From a phage, in the sequence record PQ724393.1: 64,000 bases of DNA; one strand, written 5' to 3'. Below the pieces are notes generated by a model that saw nothing but the letters and a program-made list of their open reading frames with translations, did not search any database and was not told the DNA's origin. Of the stretch, positions 56,769-64,000 are shown piece by piece (the stretch's first letter is position 1; each line of letters opens with the position of its first letter). The position numbers were made by a program, and so were the translations under genes.

Positions 56769-58313
56769 ATGATTGACAAACTGAGTATTAAAGAACTTCC
56801 GTTTGTCGATGGTGTACCCGATGCATCCCAAGAGCGTATCCGTTGGATACGCAATGGAGAATGTATTGAAGGAGCCACGACTAAATACGGTCACGACGGT
56901 AATTTGAATGCCCCTGCTTTAGGAGTACAAACCAACGTAGTTAGATTAGAAGAAAACAGTATAGCTTCTAAAGACAAAATTAACGAGCTTGTGGATAACG
57001 TTAATTTGATTAATGAAGCCCTAGATATTTCTACTGATACGGGTGTTATTCAGCAAATTGAAAAGAACCGAGTTGATATACTGGCTGTGGATGCAAAGGC
57101 TTCCGAAACTAAACAAGAATTAGGTGATTTAACCGTTAATTTTAATTTTTTAGAAGAAGATGTAGGTTATTACGACCCGTCTTTAGATGGCCCATATCTC
57201 ACTGTCAGAGAAAATATAAATCTTCTTAAATCTGAAATTGGTCATTATGCGAACCAGGATATAAACAGCCAACCGCTTCCTCCAGGTGAAACTTCTGAAG
57301 CCACCGGCATGAAACGACGCATTATGGATAATACCAGTGCTATTGTCGACCATTCACAACGTATAGATACCCTTGAAAAGAATTACGAAGATTCCGATGT
57401 AGGGCAGCTCGGGCTTAAGATTAACGAAATTCGTGAAGAACTAGGTCCTCATATCGATACCGTAGGTAAACAACCAACGTATACCAGGATTTCTACTCTT
57501 GAAACTGCTGCTGTAAGCTTTAACGAATCAATAGATTCTATCAAAACCAGTATAGGTTTTAATAAAGGCCCTATTGATACAAGAGTAACCACGCTGGAAA
57601 CTAAAACTTCCACTTTAGAAAACACTGTTAATAACGGTTTGACCCCTAGAGTTACTGCAGTGGAAACCGCTATCGGCGAGGCAGGTACCCCTACTTCTAT
57701 TAATGGTAGATTAGGTGGCTTACGTACTGATGTTAATGAACTAAAAACTATAGTAGGTGCCAGTTCGTCTGAAGGGCTTCGTTTCCAGGTTTCTGATATT
57801 GACCGTAAAATTGGCGCCGATGTAAGTCCGGCTGCAGGAACAATTAATAAACGTTTGAATGACCTTACGACTCAAGGTAATACTTCGGCCTCAACTATTC
57901 AGGATTTACAGGCTGAAATTGGTAATAACCAAACCGGTATTAAAGGTTCTATTCTTAAAATTACCAACCAAATTGAAGGAACAAACCCTAACGGTAGCAC
58001 TGTAGAAGAACGAGGGTTAATAAACTCTGTTAAAGGCCTTGAAGCTCAAATGCCTACTAAATTGGGCGATGCCCCTGCTGATGGTAAATTGTACGGGCGT
58101 AAAGATGCTGCATGGGCTGAAATCCTTGGCACTACAGAAATTGATACGGTCAAAGCTTCTTTATTGGAGGCTGAAGGTAAAATCACTGCACTAGAAACTG
58201 AGTTGGCTAAACGCCCTCCTGTTGCTCCTGCGGCTGATGGACTCCCGTATGTTCTGGTTGATAACGCATGGGTGCTATTGTCAGATTTTGTGACTTTAAA
58301 CCCGGCACCATAA
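56769..58313 (+). CDS. wac: Fibritin (whisker antigen control, wac)
   Basis: 514 aa; repetitive coiled-coil segments; C-terminal foldon-like DGLPYVLVDNAWVLLSDF. Confidence 0.85.
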   Translation: MIDKLSIKELPFVDGVPDASQERIRWIRNGECIEGATTKYGHDGNLNAPALGVQTNVVRLEENSIASKDKINELVDNVNLINEALDISTDTGVIQQIEKNRVDILAVDAKASETKQELGDLTVNFNFLEEDVGYYDPSLDGPYLTVRENINLLKSEIGHYANQDINSQPLPPGETSEATGMKRRIMDNTSAIVDHSQRIDTLEKNYEDSDVGQLGLKINEIREELGPHIDTVGKQPTYTRISTLETAAVSFNESIDSIKTSIGFNKGPIDTRVTTLETKTSTLENTVNNGLTPRVTAVETAIGEAGTPTSINGRLGGLRTDVNELKTIVGASSSEGLRFQVSDIDRKIGADVSPAAGTINKRLNDLTTQGNTSASTIQDLQAEIGNNQTGIKGSILKITNQIEGTNPNGSTVEERGLINSVKGLEAQMPTKLGDAPADGKLYGRKDAAWAEILGTTEIDTVKASLLEAEGKITALETELAKRPPVAPAADGLPYVLVDNAWVLLSDFVTLNPAP

Positions 58314-58315
58314 TA

Positions 58316-58337
58316 AAAGGGCTTCGGCCCTTTTTTG
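58316..58337 (+). terminator. Rho-independent terminator after wac
   Basis: GGGC-TTCG-GCCC hairpin followed by T6. Confidence 0.75.
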
Positions 58338-58338
58338 C

Positions 58339-58346
58339 TATAAATA
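58339..58346 (+). promoter_or_regulatory. Late promoter (TATAAATA) for gene 13
   Basis: Exact motif 22 nt upstream of gene 13 ATG. Confidence 0.65.
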
Positions 58347-58367
58347 CGGTTATTAGAGGAATAAAAC

Positions 58368-59300
58368 ATGGCAAGCGAATCATTTAACCCTAAGCAACTC
58401 AAGGACGCTATTCTGCGCCGCCTGGGTGCACCGATTACAAATATTGAAGTAACTACAGACCAAGTATACGATTGCATCCAGCGCGCTCTAGAGCTCTACG
58501 GTGAATACCATTATAACGGGTATAACAAAGGTTATCAGGCTTTTTATATCGGCCATGACGATGAAGAAAAATTCCGTAATGGTGTATTTGACCTTAAAGG
58601 CCGTAATATATTTGCGGTGACACAAATTTTGAGAACCAATGTAGGTTCTTTAACATCTATGGATGGGCAAGCAACTTATCCATGGTTTACTGATTTTGTA
58701 TTAGGCTTAGCTGGTATTAATGGTGGGCTTGGGTCTTCATGTAACAGTTTTGGACCTAATGCCTTCGGCGCCGACCTTGGTTATTTTACCCAACTAATGC
58801 AATATCGTTCTATGATGCAGGACCTTTTGGTTCCACTACCTGATTATTGGTATAACGATGCCACTGAACAGTTGAAGGTAATGGGTAACTTTGTTAAAGG
58901 CGATTTTATTGTAATCGAAGTTTATACTCGTTCTTTTAATGGAGTCGATTCTATGGTAGGAAACACCGTAGGCTATGGTTATGCTTCGGCTTGTGGTGAA
59001 AACGAATGGAGCCCAGGTGCTATTTGGGATAACCCGGCGCGTCGTATTTCCGGTATGCGTGTAGGCGAGGACCTTGGTCTTCAAGACGGTGCATATAATA
59101 ACCGTTGGGTTAAAGATTATGCCACGGCATTGGTTAAAGAAGTCAATGGCAATATTCTAGCCAAACACCAAGGCATGCAACTTGCAGGTGGAACCACCGT
59201 AGATGGTATTCGATTGATTGAAGAAGCTCGTTTAGAAAAAGAACGACTTCGCGAAGAATTGGATTTGCTCGACCCACCAACACCTATTTTAATTGGATAA
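58368..59300 (+). CDS. 13: Neck protein gp13
   Basis: 310 aa; synteny and size. Confidence 0.85.
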   Translation: MASESFNPKQLKDAILRRLGAPITNIEVTTDQVYDCIQRALELYGEYHYNGYNKGYQAFYIGHDDEEKFRNGVFDLKGRNIFAVTQILRTNVGSLTSMDGQATYPWFTDFVLGLAGINGGLGSSCNSFGPNAFGADLGYFTQLMQYRSMMQDLLVPLPDYWYNDATEQLKVMGNFVKGDFIVIEVYTRSFNGVDSMVGNTVGYGYASACGENEWSPGAIWDNPARRISGMRVGEDLGLQDGAYNNRWVKDYATALVKEVNGNILAKHQGMQLAGGTTVDGIRLIEEARLEKERLREELDLLDPPTPILIG

Positions 59301-59302
59301 TT

Positions 59303-60076
59303 ATGGCTACTTTCGATTCGAGTTTATTCGCTAAGCTAGAAGATAATACTGGCTATGCTAACACGAACGAAACTGAAATAATGAACCCTTTCGTCAACTT
59401 TTATCGCCATGAGAATACCCAAACCTTGGCTGATGCTTTAGTTGCTGAGTCTATTCAGATGCGTGGTATTGAGCTTTATTATATACCACGTGAATATGTT
59501 AAACCGGACCAGCTATTTGGCGAAGACCTTCAGAACAAATTTACTAAAGCCTGGAAGTTTGCAGGTTATTTGGATTCCTTTGAAGGTTATTCCGGTGACA
59601 ATACTTATTTCAGTAAGTTCGGTATGATGGTTAATGATGAAGTAACAATCACAATTAACCCTAACCTTTTTAAACATCAATGCAATGGCACTGAACCTGT
59701 TTCAGGCGATTTGATTTATTTCCCAATGGATAATAGCTTATTTGAAATTAACTGGGTTCAACCTTATGACCCATTCTATCAAGTGGGTGCTAACGTCCAG
59801 CGTCGAATCACTGCTACCAAGTTCATTTACAATGGTGAAGAACTTCGTCCTGAATTACAGAGAAATGAAGGTATTAATATTCCTGAATTTAGTGAGCTTG
59901 ATTTAATGCCTATTAAGAATATCGACGGATTGGCTGACGTCTCCGACATTCAATATGAAGAGGTCAATGAGATTAATTCTGAAGCGGCGGAATTCGTACA
60001 TCCTTATGTTGTGATTAATGGACGAGGAGAGGATGCTCCTCCTACAGCATTTGATGATGCTTTTTTAGATGATTAA
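59303..60076 (+). CDS. 14: Neck protein gp14
   Basis: 257 aa; synteny and size. Confidence 0.85.
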   Translation: MATFDSSLFAKLEDNTGYANTNETEIMNPFVNFYRHENTQTLADALVAESIQMRGIELYYIPREYVKPDQLFGEDLQNKFTKAWKFAGYLDSFEGYSGDNTYFSKFGMMVNDEVTITINPNLFKHQCNGTEPVSGDLIYFPMDNSLFEINWVQPYDPFYQVGANVQRRITATKFIYNGEELRPELQRNEGINIPEFSELDLMPIKNIDGLADVSDIQYEEVNEINSEAAEFVHPYVVINGRGEDAPPTAFDDAFLDD

Positions 60077-60083
60077 ATAATAC

Positions 60084-60102
60084 ATGGCGCATGGTGCGCC
60101 AT
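60084..60102 (+). promoter_or_regulatory. Intergenic hairpin upstream of gene 15 SD
   Basis: ATGGCGCA-TGG-TGCGCCAT inverted repeat directly before AGGAGG. Confidence 0.35.
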
Positions 60103-60114
60103 TTAGGAGGTTTG

Positions 60115-60977
60115 ATGTTTGGACATTGGTATAATAGTTCGCTACGTCGCTATATTGTTTTGATGGGTGATTTATTTTCCCATGTTCAAGTAGCACGTCA
60201 AAGAGAAGATACAGGACTTAAATTTATTAAGGTTCCTATTACATATGCTTCTAAAGAAAGATTTATGGCTAACTTAGGTAAATGGACGGCAGTACAGAAT
60301 ATTCCAAACCCTAATATGACAGCTAAAGAACGGGCCGAACAAAAAGCTAAAGTGGAAACAGTTCTTCCGCGTATGAACCTCCAAATGGTTGATATGCTTT
60401 ACAACTCACAATATAAAACGGCCCTTCAAAACAGAACACAAATTCAATTTGAGAATGGCGACCCACGTAAGCGTGTCAGCCAATATTCTCCTACTCCGGT
60501 TAAAATGATTTTCGAACTGGGTATTTACACTAGAACCCAAGATGATATGTTCCAAATTGTAGAACAGATTATGCCTTATTTCCAACCTCACTTCAATACA
60601 ACTATCACTGAACTCTATACAAACGAAATTAAATTTGACCGTGATATCCGTATTGTGTTCCAATCTATAGCAATGGATGAACAATTAGAAGGTGATACCA
60701 CTTCTAGACGTCGCTTAGAGTGGTCTATGATGTTTGAGGTTAATGGTTGGTTATATCCTCCTGTGAAGGAAATGGAAGGCGAAATTAAAACCATTTATCT
60801 TGATTTCTTTGCCAACTCAAAGGAACTCGCTCCTGAAGGTAATTTCGAATCGGTTGATAGCGAAGTGGTTCCTAGAGGTGTAGAAGAAAAAGAATGGGAT
60901 GGAAGTTCTGTTCAAACATATTCACAAGATATTCCAGTGCCTGTCGAGCCAGCGCCTCCAGCACCAAGGAGAAACCC

Positions 60978-60981
<4 letters not shown>
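60115..60981 (+). CDS. 15: Tail sheath stabiliser / terminator gp15
   Basis: Start ATG 60115 (MFGHWYNSS...) with SD AGGAGG; ...[14 protein letters not shown]... as in T4 gp15. Confidence 0.85.
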
Positions 60982-63291
<2,310 letters not shown>

Positions 63292-63320
63292 ACAATAAAG
63301 CATAACCAAGAGGATTCAAA

Positions 63321-64000
63321 ATGTCTTTATTATCACCGGGCATTGAGCTCAAAGAAACGTCCGTACAGAGTACTGTCGTTCGTAACGCAACGGGTCGTGC
63401 AGCGCTGGTTGGTAAATTCCAGTGGGGCCCTGCTTTCCAGGTAACTCAAATTACTAACGAAGTTGAACTGGTGGATTTGTTTGGAGGTCCTAACAACGAA
63501 GTGGCAGATTATTTTATGTCTGGTATGAACTTCCTCCAATATGGTAACGACCTTCGTACTGTTCGTGTTGTTAACCGTGAATTCGCTAAAAACGCATCTC
63601 CTGTTGCAGGCAATATCGAAACCACTATTACTACGGCTGGTTCTAACTATGCAGTAGGCGATAAAATTAATATCAAGCACAACCAAACTGTTGTTGAATC
63701 TGAAGGTCGTGTGACTTCTGTAGATACGGATGGTAAAATTCTTTCCGTGTTTATCCCATCAGCAAAAATTATTGCTTATGCACGTTCTTTAAACCAGTAT
63801 CCTACCCTGGGCCCGGCTTGGACGGCTGAAGTTACTTCCGCTTCTTCTGGTGTTTCCGGTACTATTACCGTAGGTAAAATTGTTACGGATTCAGGTATTC
63901 TTTTAACTGAAGCAGAGAACAGTGAAGAAGCTATTACTTCCCTGGAATTCCAAGCATCTCTTAAGAAATTTGCTATGCCAGGCGTAGTTGCTCTTTATCC
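63321..64000 (+). CDS. 18: Tail sheath protein gp18, N-terminal part (continues past window end)
   Basis: MSLLSPGIELKETSVQSTVV...FMSGMNFLQYGNDLR...; matches T4 gp18 N-terminus; no stop before 64000. Confidence 0.9.
   Translation, partial: MSLLSPGIELKETSVQSTVVRNATGRAALVGKFQWGPAFQVTQITNEVELVDLFGGPNNEVADYFMSGMNFLQYGNDLRTVRVVNREFAKNASPVAGNIETTITTAGSNYAVGDKINIKHNQTVVESEGRVTSVDTDGKILSVFIPSAKIIAYARSLNQYPTLGPAWTAEVTSASSGVSGTITVGKIVTDSGILLTEAENSEEAITSLEFQASLKKFAMPGVVALY

Overview
The window reads as one contiguous stretch of a T4-like (T-even type) myovirus genome, in the same orientation as the T4 map. Positions 1-41251 are a minus-strand early/middle region: genes 46 (3' end cut by the window edge), 47, 55, 49, nrdC, rI, tk, regB, denV, e (lysozyme), nudE, a small tRNA cluster, 57B (Acb1-like), 57A, 1, 3, 2 and 4, interleaved with many small ORFs of unknown function. 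Positions 41252-41297 carry divergent late promoters (TATAAATA on both strands). Positions 41298-64000 are the plus-strand late structural block: 53, 5, an unrecognised 687-aa ORF, 6, 7, 8, 9, 10, 11, 12, wac, 13, 14, 15, 16, 17 and the start of 18. Gene calls rest on synteny with T4, protein motifs visible in the translations and my recollection of T4 protein sequences; no database search was run. The most interesting signals are: (1) four proteins with the T4 internal-protein capsid-targeting N-terminus MKTYxEF[IL][AT]E; (2) a tandem array of five small paralogs ending in W-x-x-S-S-x-C; (3) at least 14 copies of an early-promoter/stem-loop cassette whose hairpin buries the Shine-Dalgarno sequence; (4) the 687-aa ORF inserted between genes 5 and 6; (5) an AAA+ ATPase / nucleotidyltransferase-fold pair next to an HNH homing endonuclease. 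Relative to T4 the window has no alpha-glucosyltransferase gene between 47 and 55, no nrdD/nrdG between 55 and 49, and only two clear tRNAs.
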